Part shown: in pieces, positions 9,400 through 19,694 of the stretch | How positions within the stretch are numbered: position 1 is the first letter of the stretch | Layout of the letters: every line of letters starts with the position of its first letter | Origin: an uncultured Bacteroidales bacterium | GTDB lineage: Bacteria > Bacteroidota > Bacteroidia > Bacteroidales > DTU049 | Reading direction: 5' to 3' | Assembly (NCBI GenBank): GCA_964388575.1 | Contig: CAYMAZ010000016.1 | Coordinates: 929 to 64,928, forward strand | Length of the DNA: 64,000 nt | The notes under the pieces: generated by a model | The model's input: only the letters and a program-made list of their open reading frames with translations | Told to the model about the DNA's origin: nothing | Database searches by the model: none | Program-made: the position numbers and the translations under genes

Positions 9400-10140
9400 T
9401 TATCTGCCTTCAACATGGAGCCATCGGGTCGTCTTGACAATGATTCTGATGATAAGGTAAAATATGGTTCCGGACAGAATAAATACAATCCAGGGAAAAC
9501 TCATTTTCAAATGAGCATACGTGAAATATTGTTTGATCAAATAAACTAAAGTAAAGGTAATGACTGTTGCATATAAACCGTGATATTCTCTTTTTAGAAC
9601 ATTTTTTATTGAAAAAGAAACCCCTGTTTTTTGATAACCTTTGAGTTTTGGAAAAAAAGAAGGCGTATTCTGAGACCATTTTGTAAAAGCATCACCGAAT
9701 TTATTATTTATAAACCGTTCTTCAGCAAACATGATTCTTTCATAATATATCCAGAAGAAAAACACAGCAAAAATTAAAAACTCAATACTACCAACATACA
9801 GAATCAGCCCGAGCCACATGAGAAAATTTCCCAGGTACAGCGGATGTCTGACAATTGAATACATCCCTTTGGTATTGAGTTGTTCTGCCACTTGACCGGC
9901 TTTGGTGTTTCTGCCTGAAGTGTTCTGAGGTGTGAATCCGATCGTCAGAGCTCTTATAATCTGGCCGGAAAAGGAAATTAAAAAACATGCCAGTGCCCAC
10001 CAATGGTTTTCAAAATGAAAGAATTCATCATTTTCAAAATATAAAACCGGAATCACAATGGCATATAAGAACAACGGAATATAACTTCTGTATTTAAACA
10101 AGCTGTTGCCCGAACGTTCGAATTCTGTTATTAATGACAT
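9400..10140 (-). CDS. Isoprenylcysteine carboxyl / phospholipid methyltransferase-family membrane protein
   Basis: RHPLYLGNFLMWLG motif and a multi-TM profile. The start is trimmed to the ATG at 10140 (MSLITEF...), because the 35-aa ORF extension overlaps the mutS promoter region. Confidence 0.75.
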   Translation of the reverse strand: MSLITEFERSGNSLFKYRSYIPLFLYAIVIPVLYFENDEFFHFENHWWALACFLISFSGQIIRALTIGFTPQNTSGRNTKAGQVAEQLNTKGMYSIVRHPLYLGNFLMWLGLILYVGSIEFLIFAVFFFWIYYERIMFAEERFINNKFGDAFTKWSQNTPSFFPKLKGYQKTGVSFSIKNVLKREYHGLYATVITFTLVYLIKQYFTYAHLKMSFPWIVFILSGTIFYLIIRIIVKTTRWLHVEGR

Positions 10141-10231
10141 ATTATTGTTTGTAAAATTTCGGGCAAAGGTACGAGAATTTGAGAGAAAAACCCTAACTTT
10201 GACAGCTCTGAAAATTGAAACCCGGGACAAG

Positions 10232-12838
10232 TTGAAAGCAGCCACAACACCACTTATGAAGCAGTATTACTCCGTCAAGGCAAAATATCCTGATGCGCTG
10301 CTACTTTTCAGGGTGGGGGACTTTTATGAAACTTTTGAAGATGACGCTGTAAAAACCGCAAACGCCCTGGGTATTGTGCTGACAAAAAGAGCCAACGGTT
10401 CCGCATCCTTTGTGAATCTGGCAGGATTCCCCTATCATTCACTTGACAATTATCTTCCCAAACTTGTGAAGGCAGGATATCGGGTTGCCATTTGCGAACA
10501 GCTGGAAGATCCGAAAATGACAAAAACCATTGTCAAAAGAGGGATCACAGAAGTTGTTACTCCGGGAATTGCTTTTAGTGATCAGGTGCTTGAAAATAAG
10601 TCAAATAATTTTCTTGCAGGTGTCCATTTTGAAAAGGATCAGTTTGGCATGTCATTTCTGGATGTCTCTACAGGTGAGTTTTACATTGCTGAAGGAGATC
10701 GGGAATATTGCGAAAAATTACTTCAAACATTCAGCCCAAGTGAAATTGTAATCAGGAAAAACAAACGCGAAGATTTTTTTGAAATGTTCGGAGAAAAGTT
10801 TTACACTTACACTTTTGAAGACTGGGTATTTACTTTTGACTTTGGCTATGAAAAACTTACCAGACAATTTCAGACAAAAACCCTGAAAGGATTTGGTATT
10901 GAAGATCAGCATGCAGGAATTATTGCTGCCGGAGCAACACTTCATTATCTTTCAGAGACGCATCATGAGCATTCTGGACATATTTCCAGAATTTCACGCA
11001 TTGAGCAGGATGATTTTGTGTGGATGGACCAGTTTACAATCCGAAATCTCGAACTGGTTTTTTCGCCCAACATCAATGCTGTTACGCTGTTACATGTGCT
11101 CGATAAAACAACAACGCCAATGGGCGCGCGTATGCTTAAGCGCTGGATTATGTTGCCTTTGATTGATAAAAAGAAAATCGAAGACAGATTGTCTGTTGTG
11201 ACATACTTTTTACAGAATACTGAACTTAGAGAAGAGATTAAGAATGAGTTTTCTTCAATCGGAGATATTGAACGTCTTATTTCAAAAGTGACTGTCAGAA
11301 AAATCAACCCGCGTGAACTTTTGCATCTTTCAACAGCCCTGCAGCATACCGCACATGTGATCAGGTTGCTTAAAGGAACCGGTCACCCGATACTCGAGGC
11401 CTGGGCTGAACATTTTGATCCATGTACCCTTATCAGAGATAGAATCAGAAATGAAATTTCTTCCGATCCGCCAGCTGTTGCCATGAAAGGGGGAATCATC
11501 AGTAAAGGTGTTTCTAAAGAACTTGATGATCTTCGCTCAGTTGCCTATGAGGGAAAGGACTATCTGACTTCCATACAGCAGCGTGAAATTCAGAGAACCG
11601 GCATCCCGTCCCTTAAAATAGCCTTCAATAATGTATTTGGTTATTATTTGGAAGTAACTCATGCACATAAAAACAAAGTGCCGGACGAGTGGATCAGAAA
11701 GCAAACACTAACCAGTGCTGAGAGATATATCACTCCTGAGCTTAAAGAGTATGAGGATAAAATTCTCGGTGCTGAAGAAAAAATTCTGACTCTTGAATTG
11801 CAACTTTTTCAGGAGCTGATTGGAGCTACTGAAGAATATGTTCGTCCGGTGCAGCAGAATGCTTCATTACTTGCAAGAATTGACTGCTTGTTGTCATTGG
11901 CTCAACTGGCAGAAAACCGAAATTATTGCAGACCCGAGATTACGGATGGTTTTGCATTGAAAATCAAAGAAGGTCGTCATCCTGTGATCGAACAACAAAT
12001 GCAACCCGGGCAGGAATATGTGCCAAATGATATTTTTCTTGATAATAATACACAGCAAATGATCATCCTGACAGGACCCAACATGTCCGGAAAATCAGCA
12101 TTGCTCAGACAAACTGCGTTGATTTCACTAATGGCTCAGATTGGTTCCTATGTGCCTGCTTCAGAAGCACAACTCAGCATTGTAGACAAAATTTTTACAC
12201 GTGTTGGAGCCTCAGACAATATTTCCTCCGGAGAATCAACATTCATGGTTGAAATGAATGAAACAGCAAGCATTCTTAATAATATTTCCAACAGAAGCCT
12301 TGTGCTTCTGGATGAAATCGGACGCGGAACAAGCACATATGACGGAATCTCAATCGCGTGGGCTATTACTGAATTTCTGCATGAAAACCCCTTAGCCAGA
12401 GTAAAAACACTATTTGCCACACACTATCATGAACTGAATGAACTGGCTTCTTATATGCCTCGTTGCAAAAACTTTCATATTTCTGTCCGTGAATCAGGAA
12501 ATAAAATAATATTTCTTCACAAACTTGAACCAGGCGGAACAGAACACAGTTTTGGAATACATGTAGCGCGAATGGCAGGAATTCCTTCTCAGGTTATCAG
12601 TCGTGCAAATGAGATTCTCGTTGAGCTTGAGAAAAAAATTAACTCAAATGAAGTTTTGCCAGCCTCAAAATCTCAGGCAGCTGGATTTCAGCTCAGTTTT
12701 GTTCAACTGGATGATCCGTTGCTAATACAGATAAAAAATGAACTGATTGATCTTGACATCAATTCACTTACTCCCGTCGAAGCTCTAATGAAACTGAATG
12801 AAATTAAAAATCTGCTTTCAAAAAAGAAAAACCAATAG
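10232..12838 (+). CDS. mutS: DNA mismatch repair protein MutS
   Basis: TPLMKQY...FRVGDFYETFEDDA N-terminus, Walker A GPNMSGKS, and DEIGRGTSTYDG. The start is uncertain (TTG 10232 or ATG 10256). A TAACTTTG -7 box at 10194-10201 argues against the ORF-track start at 10106. Confidence 0.93.
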   Translation: MKAATTPLMKQYYSVKAKYPDALLLFRVGDFYETFEDDAVKTANALGIVLTKRANGSASFVNLAGFPYHSLDNYLPKLVKAGYRVAICEQLEDPKMTKTIVKRGITEVVTPGIAFSDQVLENKSNNFLAGVHFEKDQFGMSFLDVSTGEFYIAEGDREYCEKLLQTFSPSEIVIRKNKREDFFEMFGEKFYTYTFEDWVFTFDFGYEKLTRQFQTKTLKGFGIEDQHAGIIAAGATLHYLSETHHEHSGHISRISRIEQDDFVWMDQFTIRNLELVFSPNINAVTLLHVLDKTTTPMGARMLKRWIMLPLIDKKKIEDRLSVVTYFLQNTELREEIKNEFSSIGDIERLISKVTVRKINPRELLHLSTALQHTAHVIRLLKGTGHPILEAWAEHFDPCTLIRDRIRNEISSDPPAVAMKGGIISKGVSKELDDLRSVAYEGKDYLTSIQQREIQRTGIPSLKIAFNNVFGYYLEVTHAHKNKVPDEWIRKQTLTSAERYITPELKEYEDKILGAEEKILTLELQLFQELIGATEEYVRPVQQNASLLARIDCLLSLAQLAENRNYCRPEITDGFALKIKEGRHPVIEQQMQPGQEYVPNDIFLDNNTQQMIILTGPNMSGKSALLRQTALISLMAQIGSYVPASEAQLSIVDKIFTRVGASDNISSGESTFMVEMNETASILNNISNRSLVLLDEIGRGTSTYDGISIAWAITEFLHENPLARVKTLFATHYHELNELASYMPRCKNFHISVRESGNKIIFLHKLEPGGTEHSFGIHVARMAGIPSQVISRANEILVELEKKINSNEVLPASKSQAAGFQLSFVQLDDPLLIQIKNELIDLDINSLTPVEALMKLNEIKNLLSKKKNQ

Positions 12839-12864
12839 GCCTCCAACCCCAAAACCTAAATATT

Positions 12865-13275
12865 ATGAAAAAACAAAATTTGATTTTAATGTTTGCTGCA
12901 GTTCTGTTATTGGCAAATTCATGCAGCTTTACCTCAGCACACATCAAAGATGTCAGAATGTGCACTGAGTTAAGTGTCGACCAGTGCTCTGACGATGATC
13001 CTGTCTTTGATAATGACGACCCTGTCATTTATGTTTCATGCATTGTCAAAAATGCTCCGTCAGAAACTACGATCACCTTCTCATGGTATTATACCGAACG
13101 TGATCCTATTGAAATCGATGTTGTTTCAGTTGAGCTGAAAGAAAGTGGTTCCTATCCTGTATATTCAAGCCTGAGTGCCCCATATGAAGGTTGGCCTGAC
13201 GGAGATTATGAGGTCGTGATTGCCATTGAAGGATTTGAAGACAAGGCTGTGAGAAAAACATTTAAAGTCGATTAA
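12865..13275 (+). CDS. Hypothetical lipoprotein (small beta-sandwich-like)
   Basis: 136 aa with a signal peptide and lipobox (LLANSC). No motif recognised. Confidence 0.55.
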   Translation: MKKQNLILMFAAVLLLANSCSFTSAHIKDVRMCTELSVDQCSDDDPVFDNDDPVIYVSCIVKNAPSETTITFSWYYTERDPIEIDVVSVELKESGSYPVYSSLSAPYEGWPDGDYEVVIAIEGFEDKAVRKTFKVD

Positions 13276-13304
13276 CAATATAAAACTCCGAACAAAAGGA
13301 ACTG

Positions 13305-14711
13305 ATGACTGTTTTTACTGATAACAACACTGACAAGATCAAAAAGCCTGCTCTTCTGATTGCTACAGTCAGCTCTTTTCTGGGCCCGTTTATGGGTTCT
13401 TCAATTAATATTGCACTTCCCCAGATTGGTGAGTATTTTTCGATGAATGCCATCATGCTGGGATGGGTAGCCACAGCCTATTTGCTCACAGCAGCGGTGT
13501 TTCTTGTTCCATTTGGAAAACTGGCAGACATTGCTGGTCGCAAGAAAATTTATACCATTGGCATCATTATTTATACTTTCAGTTCGTTGTTATGTGCGCT
13601 TTCATTTTCATCAACTGCTCTGATTATTTTCAGAATTATTCAGGGGATAGGTAGCGCAATGATTTTCAGCACTGGAATGGCTATCCTGACGTCGGTTTAT
13701 CCACCCGGAGAAAGGGGAAAAGCTTTTGGAATCAGCGTGGCATCAACGTATCTCGGACTTTCTATGGGTCCCTTTCTTGGCGGATTTATGACTCAGCAAC
13801 TGGGGTGGCGAAGTATCTTCTGGCTGAATGTGCCAGTGGGAATTTTTCTTGTGTTTCTTGTTTTAAAACTCCTTAAAGGTGAATGGGCTGAAGCAAGAGG
13901 TGAAAAATTTGATTTTAAAGGTGCCTTTGTGTTGAGTGTTTCTCTGATTGCACTGATGCTTGGAATGAGTCGTCTGCCCTCAGCCGATGGAATAATTTTC
14001 ATGCTTTCAGGGACCATCCTCATCATCCTGTTTGTGTATATACAAAACCGTTCTGCATGTCCTCTGGTTGACATCAAAATGTTTAAATACAATCGTGTGT
14101 TTGCGTTTTCAAATCTTGCTGCATTCATTAATTACAGTGCAACTTTTGCTGTAACATTTCTTCTGAGCCTGTATCTGCAGTATATCAAAGGTTTTTCCGC
14201 GCAGTTTTCCGGCACAATTTTAATTGCACAACCATTCATCATGTCGGTTTTTTCTCCTCTGGCCGGACGTTTGTCTGATAAAGCCGAACCGAGAATTGTT
14301 GCATCAGCAGGAATGGCCCTGGTTTCAGTCGGCCTGTTTATGCTTGTTTGGATTCAACCCAAAACGCCTATTCCTATCATTGTCATTTATCTAATGACTC
14401 TTGGGTTGGGTTTTGCACTGTTTTCTTCGCCAAATACAAATGCAGTGATGACCTCAGTTGAAAAAAAATCTTACGGAATTGCTTCATCAATCCTTGGAAC
14501 AATGAGGCTGACAGGACAAATGTTCAGTATGGGTATTGCCATGTTTGTTTTTTCTCTGTTTATGGGAAAAGCCAAAATTGAACCAGAAGTATATCCCATG
14601 TTTATGAAAAGCATGAAGTTGATTTTTATAATTTTTACAATTCTCTGCTTTCTGGGAGTTTTTGCCTCTCTGAACAGAGGAAAATTAAATCATCATTCTG
14701 AACCCAGTTGA
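13305..14711 (+). CDS. MFS transporter, 14-TM drug:H+ antiporter (DHA2/EmrB-like)
   Basis: 468 aa with MFS motif A (GKLADIAGRKK) and a profile of about 14 hydrophobic segments. Confidence 0.9.
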   Translation: MTVFTDNNTDKIKKPALLIATVSSFLGPFMGSSINIALPQIGEYFSMNAIMLGWVATAYLLTAAVFLVPFGKLADIAGRKKIYTIGIIIYTFSSLLCALSFSSTALIIFRIIQGIGSAMIFSTGMAILTSVYPPGERGKAFGISVASTYLGLSMGPFLGGFMTQQLGWRSIFWLNVPVGIFLVFLVLKLLKGEWAEARGEKFDFKGAFVLSVSLIALMLGMSRLPSADGIIFMLSGTILIILFVYIQNRSACPLVDIKMFKYNRVFAFSNLAAFINYSATFAVTFLLSLYLQYIKGFSAQFSGTILIAQPFIMSVFSPLAGRLSDKAEPRIVASAGMALVSVGLFMLVWIQPKTPIPIIVIYLMTLGLGFALFSSPNTNAVMTSVEKKSYGIASSILGTMRLTGQMFSMGIAMFVFSLFMGKAKIEPEVYPMFMKSMKLIFIIFTILCFLGVFASLNRGKLNHHSEPS

Positions 14712-14739
14712 ATTATTTAACAGAATAATTTTTGTGCCA

Positions 14740-14769
14740 TTTGTCAAATCAGTTTTTATATTATATTTG
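14740..14769 (+). promoter_or_regulatory. Bacteroidota-type promoter
   Basis: TTTG at 14740-14743 and TATATTTG at 14762-14769 with an 18-nt spacer, upstream of the gene starting at 14847. Confidence 0.3.
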
Positions 14770-14846
14770 TATTAAAATATCAATCTGAACATAATCAAAT
14801 TGTACTGATATGGTATAAACATTAACCCCTTTAAAATTAATAAGAT

Positions 14847-15065
14847 ATGAAAAAATTTTTCAAACAATTTTTACTGATCCTGATTCTTATAATTATTATC
14901 ATCTTTTCAGTTCAGAATCTTGGTTCTGTAACCATAAAATTTTTAAACTGGAGTGTCAACATTCCTTTGTTCCTTGCATTGATCGGAATTTATGTTCTCG
15001 GGACAATTTCCGGGAGTCTGTTGATTTCATTGTTCAGAAACATTACAAAGAAGGAGTCAAACTGA
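14847..15065 (+). CDS. LapA-domain (DUF1049-like) small membrane protein
   Basis: 72 aa with two TM segments and the pattern IIIFSVQNLGSVTIKFLNWSVNIPL, typical of LapA-domain proteins. Confidence 0.6.
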   Translation: MKKFFKQFLLILILIIIIIFSVQNLGSVTIKFLNWSVNIPLFLALIGIYVLGTISGSLLISLFRNITKKESN

Positions 15066-15098
15066 AAACACAGACTTGAAAACATAAAAAGAACAGTG

Positions 15099-15731
15099 AT
15101 GAACGAAAACACAAATATTGAAAAAGACATGTCAGAAGCTCAGAAACCTGCTATGGACAGTCAGAATATTGAAAAAAACCAATTCAATGAATCCGAAGAA
15201 ACAGAACAAACTGATAAAAGCTCTTTTGGTGAAAAGTTTTGGAAACTGATACGCAAGCATCCGCTTGTTGTTATTCTCCTTCTTGTGATATTGTTTCTTG
15301 AAATTTGGTTTTTCTTTAAAACAAATTCTCAAAAAAAAGCGTTTCATGCTGAAAAGTCAGCAATCATTTCAAACTATGAAAATCAGATTGACAGTTTAAA
15401 ACTCAGCAGAATTGAACTGGCTACGAAAACATTTTCCTGGGCTGTCAGAAGTGACATGATGCGCAACAATATTGAAAATATCAATGAATTGTTTAATCAG
15501 TTTATCAGAACTTCTGATGCAAAATTGCTTCAGCTCATTGATACAAAAACCAACACTGTGGTTTTGTCAACAGACAAGAAATTTCAGGGACAGAGATTCA
15601 CGCTTCCTTCATTTATCAGTCTTGAAATTGAATCAACTGTTTCCGACTCAGTCAGCACAAAAGTTTACACACCAATCATGGGTATCAATGAAATGCTTGG
15701 ATTACTGATTGCAGAATTTGAGAGCAAATAA
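15099..15731 (+). CDS. Hypothetical membrane-anchored protein
   Basis: 210 aa from the ATG at 15099. It has an acidic N-terminus, one TM (PLVVILLLVILFLEIWFFF), and a C-terminal globular part. Confidence 0.5.
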   Translation: MNENTNIEKDMSEAQKPAMDSQNIEKNQFNESEETEQTDKSSFGEKFWKLIRKHPLVVILLLVILFLEIWFFFKTNSQKKAFHAEKSAIISNYENQIDSLKLSRIELATKTFSWAVRSDMMRNNIENINELFNQFIRTSDAKLLQLIDTKTNTVVLSTDKKFQGQRFTLPSFISLEIESTVSDSVSTKVYTPIMGINEMLGLLIAEFESK

Positions 15732-15740
15732 TGAACGGCC

Positions 15741-16547
15741 ATGGTAACAAGAAATAATCACAAAGTTACTGCAATTATCATTATTATTTTTGGTTCATTA
15801 TGCTATGTCGGCATGGTAACGATGAATGCACTTGCAAATATATTGCCTGTCAATGGTCAGAATACAGGTCAGGTTTCAGATAAATATCCTACATTGTTTG
15901 CCCCTGCCGGACTGACTTTTTCAATTTGGGGTGTTATATATCTGTTGTTGTTTATTTTTGTAATATACCAGGTTCAGCGCATCATATCCAACAAAACTGA
16001 AGGCAGGTTGACAAGATCCGTAATTTTTGTATTTGCATTAAGTTGTATTTTCAATGCAGCATGGATTTTTGCCTGGCATTATGAAAATTTGCTGTTATCT
16101 GTCGTTTTGATGATTCTCCTGTTAAGTTCTCTCCTGTTGATGTATGTCCGGATCGACCATCTCGCTGGACACAGCTTTTCTGAGCAAATTGCAGTCAGAT
16201 GGCCTGTAAGCATATATCTGGGATGGATTTCTGTTGCAACCATAGCCAATGTGTCAGCACTGCTTGTGTCAAAAGGATGGAGTACACCGGCAGTTTCTGA
16301 AAGTATGTGGACTGTCATCATGATCATTGTTGGAGCCCTTCTCGCTGTATTGATCTTGTTACTCAAAAAAAATTACGCATTTGCTCTTGTTGTGGTGTGG
16401 GCTTATTTTGGCATTATTCTTAAAAGGAATTCACAGGAACTCATTTATTCAGATATTGTTATGACAACATGGATCGCCATTGGTGTCATTATCCTAGTCA
16501 TGTTTATTACTTTTTTCCGGAAACAACCTCTTCAGGCAGTTAAGTGA
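15741..16547 (+). CDS. Multi-pass membrane protein, TspO/MBR-like (tentative)
   Basis: 268 aa with about 7 TM segments. It is Trp-rich (FSIWGVIYLLLF, FNAAWIFAWHYE, IYLGWISVATIAN). Confidence 0.55.
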   Translation: MVTRNNHKVTAIIIIIFGSLCYVGMVTMNALANILPVNGQNTGQVSDKYPTLFAPAGLTFSIWGVIYLLLFIFVIYQVQRIISNKTEGRLTRSVIFVFALSCIFNAAWIFAWHYENLLLSVVLMILLLSSLLLMYVRIDHLAGHSFSEQIAVRWPVSIYLGWISVATIANVSALLVSKGWSTPAVSESMWTVIMIIVGALLAVLILLLKKNYAFALVVVWAYFGIILKRNSQELIYSDIVMTTWIAIGVIILVMFITFFRKQPLQAVK

Positions 16548-16655
16548 TATTGTCTCCCTTGAAATATTTACTGAATCTTAACATTGAGACGTTTTACTAA
16601 GACAAACTTCAATATTATTTAATATTCCCTTAATCATGCTCAGGGTGAGTCAGGA

Positions 16656-16663
16656 TAATTTTG
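16656..16663 (+). promoter_or_regulatory. -7 promoter box TAATTTTG
   Basis: The 11-mer ATAATTTTGCA lies 44 nt upstream of the receptor ATG. The same 11-mer precedes the next gene at 19659-19669. Confidence 0.35.
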
Positions 16664-16706
16664 CAGATGAAATACATCATCGTTGCGAAGTAAGAGCAAA
16701 TAGTTT

Positions 16707-19478
16707 ATGAACCTGTTCAAAATTCTTGAAAAACAGTTAGTTTTTTCCATTTTTATAATATTGATATCAGCATCGTTTTCCGGAAATTCTCAAACCGGAA
16801 GCATTAAGGGAATTATCAAAGAAAAGGGATCCGGCGAAACACTTATCGGAGCAAGTGTGGTTATTGAAGGCACCACAACCGGGACCACAACAGATCTTGA
16901 AGGAAAATATGAGATCAGAGGCTTACAGCCGGGGAAATATTCATTGCAGGTTTCTTACATTTCCTATGAGATAAAAACAATTGAACATATTGAAGTGTTT
17001 GCAAACAGGGCGACAGAAGTTAATACTGAGCTCTCTCAGATTACTCAGTTACTGCAGACTGTTGATGTTGTAGCAAGAATATTGAAAGAAAAGGAAAATA
17101 TTTTATTGCTTGAACAAAAAAAATCTGCTGAAATAGTTCAGCACATTGGTTCTCAGGAACTCAGCAGAAAAGGCATCAGTGATGTTGCAACAGCACTGAC
17201 CAAAGTGACCGGAATATCAAAAGTTGAAGGCAGCAATGATATTTATGTCAGGGGGCTCGGAGACAGATACAATTCAACTCAGATCAACGGTTTGCCAATG
17301 CCTTCCAATGACCCGGAACAGAAAAATATATCACTTGATATATTTTCAACAGACATTGTTGAATATATTTCAATTGACAAAGTATACAACAACAGGATCT
17401 ACGGCGATTTTGCAGGGGGTAATGTTGACATTAATTCCAGGGATTTCACAGGGGAACGTTTTATGAACGTTGAAATCGGGACAGGCATAAATCTCAGTGC
17501 GATCGATGAGGGATCATTTCCGCTGAAACAGGGACCTGATTATCTTGGCCGGCATTCATCTTCACCTCCCGAAAGCCTTGAAAATTTTGATTTTGAAGAC
17601 GGTATGAATCCAACACATATGACTCCCGTGGCAACAAGTTTCTCTGTTTCAGCCGGAAATTCACTTAAGACAGGGAAAGAAAACAATAAAGAACTGAGCT
17701 ATTTTGCAACATTAAATTTTGGAAATGACTTTTCAACAAAAGAAGGCGTTGCCTTTGGTGCTGTCAACAGTGCCGGAATCCCCCACAAGTCGTTTAAAAT
17801 GAAAAGCTATCAATATGGCACCAATACCACAGGAATGCTTAATGTAGGGTACCGGTTCAATAAAAACAATAAATTGAATTACAATTTTGTAATGATTAAT
17901 TCATCCAGCAGTTCAAACGAAATTTATCATGGAACCATTATTGATATTGCTGACTATGACAACGGATTGCTCGTAAGAAAGGTGTACGAAAAAAATTCAA
18001 TTTTTGTGAACCAGTTGCTGGGAAAACACACAACAGGATTACGTTCTGATTTAAACTGGGGAGTTTCATACAATATGATCACAGCTGATGCTCCCGACCG
18101 GCTTCAGAATACATTCAGAATGGTAGACGGAAATTACTATTTCGGCCAGAATCAGATTACAGATAATCACAGATATTTCCATAAATTGAACGAAAATGAA
18201 ACAGCAGCCAACATTGCATTCAGCTTTAAATTTTTATCCGAATCTGATGTGGAATACAGGGCAAAGCTAACCTTTGGTTCAACAGCAAGATATAAGGTGA
18301 GAGATTTTCAGGCCCTGCAGTATAATTTCAGAATATCTGCCCAACAGAGAAATACAATTGTTGATCCTGATGAACTTTCAGCTTTTTTCAACCAGGAAAA
18401 TCTTGATAACGGCTACTTCAGAATAGAAACCTTCAGAGGAAATTTTCAGGTCCCCAATGCTCTTGACCCTCAGGTTTATGGTGGAACTCAGTATATACAG
18501 GCCGGATATCTGACTACTGAACTCAGGGCAAACAGAAAATTCACTGCGCTTATTGGATTGAGAATGGAATATATATTTCAGGAAGTTCAATGGAATACTC
18601 AACTTGATCCTTCCGATAAATCTGATGCCTTTCAGTTTGTAGATTTTCTTCCCAGTATAACAACCAAATATGAAATCAACAATAAACAGAATTTCCGGTT
18701 TGGATTGAGCAAAACCTATACTTTACCCCAGTTTAAAGAACGTGCATTGTTTATTTATGAAGATGTAACCCAGGTTAAGCTTGGGAATCCCGATCTCTAC
18801 AACTCTGAAAACTATAATGCCGACCTGAAGTGGGAAATGTTTGCAAAACCCGGAGAAATAGTTTCTGTTGGTGTTTTCGGCAAATATATTTTAAACCCGA
18901 TCAATGAGTTTGCAATCACTTCTGCCACCAATGACATTTCATTTCTGAACACAGGAGACTGGGGATATGTTGCCGGAATAGAATTTGAAACAAGAAAAGA
19001 ACTTTTGAATAAAAACGGTGTAAGACTGAATACAGGTTTCAATGCTTCCTATATGCTTACTGAGCAGGAGCTGAACTCTGAAAAGGTAAAAGACGAAACG
19101 ATGTATATGGTTAACTTTACACATGAAAAGGCAAGGTTTACAGGGGCTTCAGATCTGCTTCTGAATACGGATGTCACATTTGTGAAAAGCTGGAATGATG
19201 AAACAAGTAATGTTATGACAACAGTGTTTTACAGCTATTTTTCCGACCGTATTTATGCCATCGGAACAAATAACAGAGGCAACATCATAGAAAAACCATT
19301 TAGCTCTCTGGATCTGATCATTAAATCAGAGTTAAAAAATTTCTCTTTGAGTCTGATTTTCAAAAACCTTCTGAATCCGGCAATCGAAAGATACCAGGCC
19401 AATAAAGACTCCGATGTTCTTGTCATTTCTTACAAAAAGGGAACCTTTGCCGGATTGAAGATCGGATACAGGTTTTAG
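16707..19478 (+). CDS. TonB-dependent receptor with N-terminal carboxypeptidase-regulatory-like domain
   Basis: 923 aa with a signal peptide, a CarbopepD_reg-like domain (GSIKGIIKEKGSGETLIGASVVIEGTTTGTTTDLEGKYEI), a plug (DIYVRGLGDRYNSTQINGLPMPS), and a C-terminal beta-barrel ending GLKIGYRF. Confidence 0.9.
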   Translation: MNLFKILEKQLVFSIFIILISASFSGNSQTGSIKGIIKEKGSGETLIGASVVIEGTTTGTTTDLEGKYEIRGLQPGKYSLQVSYISYEIKTIEHIEVFANRATEVNTELSQITQLLQTVDVVARILKEKENILLLEQKKSAEIVQHIGSQELSRKGISDVATALTKVTGISKVEGSNDIYVRGLGDRYNSTQINGLPMPSNDPEQKNISLDIFSTDIVEYISIDKVYNNRIYGDFAGGNVDINSRDFTGERFMNVEIGTGINLSAIDEGSFPLKQGPDYLGRHSSSPPESLENFDFEDGMNPTHMTPVATSFSVSAGNSLKTGKENNKELSYFATLNFGNDFSTKEGVAFGAVNSAGIPHKSFKMKSYQYGTNTTGMLNVGYRFNKNNKLNYNFVMINSSSSSNEIYHGTIIDIADYDNGLLVRKVYEKNSIFVNQLLGKHTTGLRSDLNWGVSYNMITADAPDRLQNTFRMVDGNYYFGQNQITDNHRYFHKLNENETAANIAFSFKFLSESDVEYRAKLTFGSTARYKVRDFQALQYNFRISAQQRNTIVDPDELSAFFNQENLDNGYFRIETFRGNFQVPNALDPQVYGGTQYIQAGYLTTELRANRKFTALIGLRMEYIFQEVQWNTQLDPSDKSDAFQFVDFLPSITTKYEINNKQNFRFGLSKTYTLPQFKERALFIYEDVTQVKLGNPDLYNSENYNADLKWEMFAKPGEIVSVGVFGKYILNPINEFAITSATNDISFLNTGDWGYVAGIEFETRKELLNKNGVRLNTGFNASYMLTEQELNSEKVKDETMYMVNFTHEKARFTGASDLLLNTDVTFVKSWNDETSNVMTTVFYSYFSDRIYAIGTNNRGNIIEKPFSSLDLIIKSELKNFSLSLIFKNLLNPAIERYQANKDSDVLVISYKKGTFAGLKIGYRF

Positions 19479-19659
19479 ATTCAACAAGTAAGACTTTTCG
19501 GACATTCCACTGAAAGTTAAATTAAAAATCTTCTGATGAAATCATTGTTATCAGTTTTCCGAACCCATAATAATTTATTGTTAAGAATTTCGTGTCTGAA
19601 ACAATCTTTATTTAAAAAAACCATAACCTTAATTTAATCAGATTCAAGTTACTGTGAAA

Positions 19660-19667
19660 TAATTTTG
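19660..19667 (+). promoter_or_regulatory. -7 promoter box TAATTTTG
   Basis: TAATTTTG lies 27 nt upstream of the ATG at 19695. Confidence 0.35.
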
Positions 19668-19694
19668 CATCATAAACATTAAACAAAAAACAAA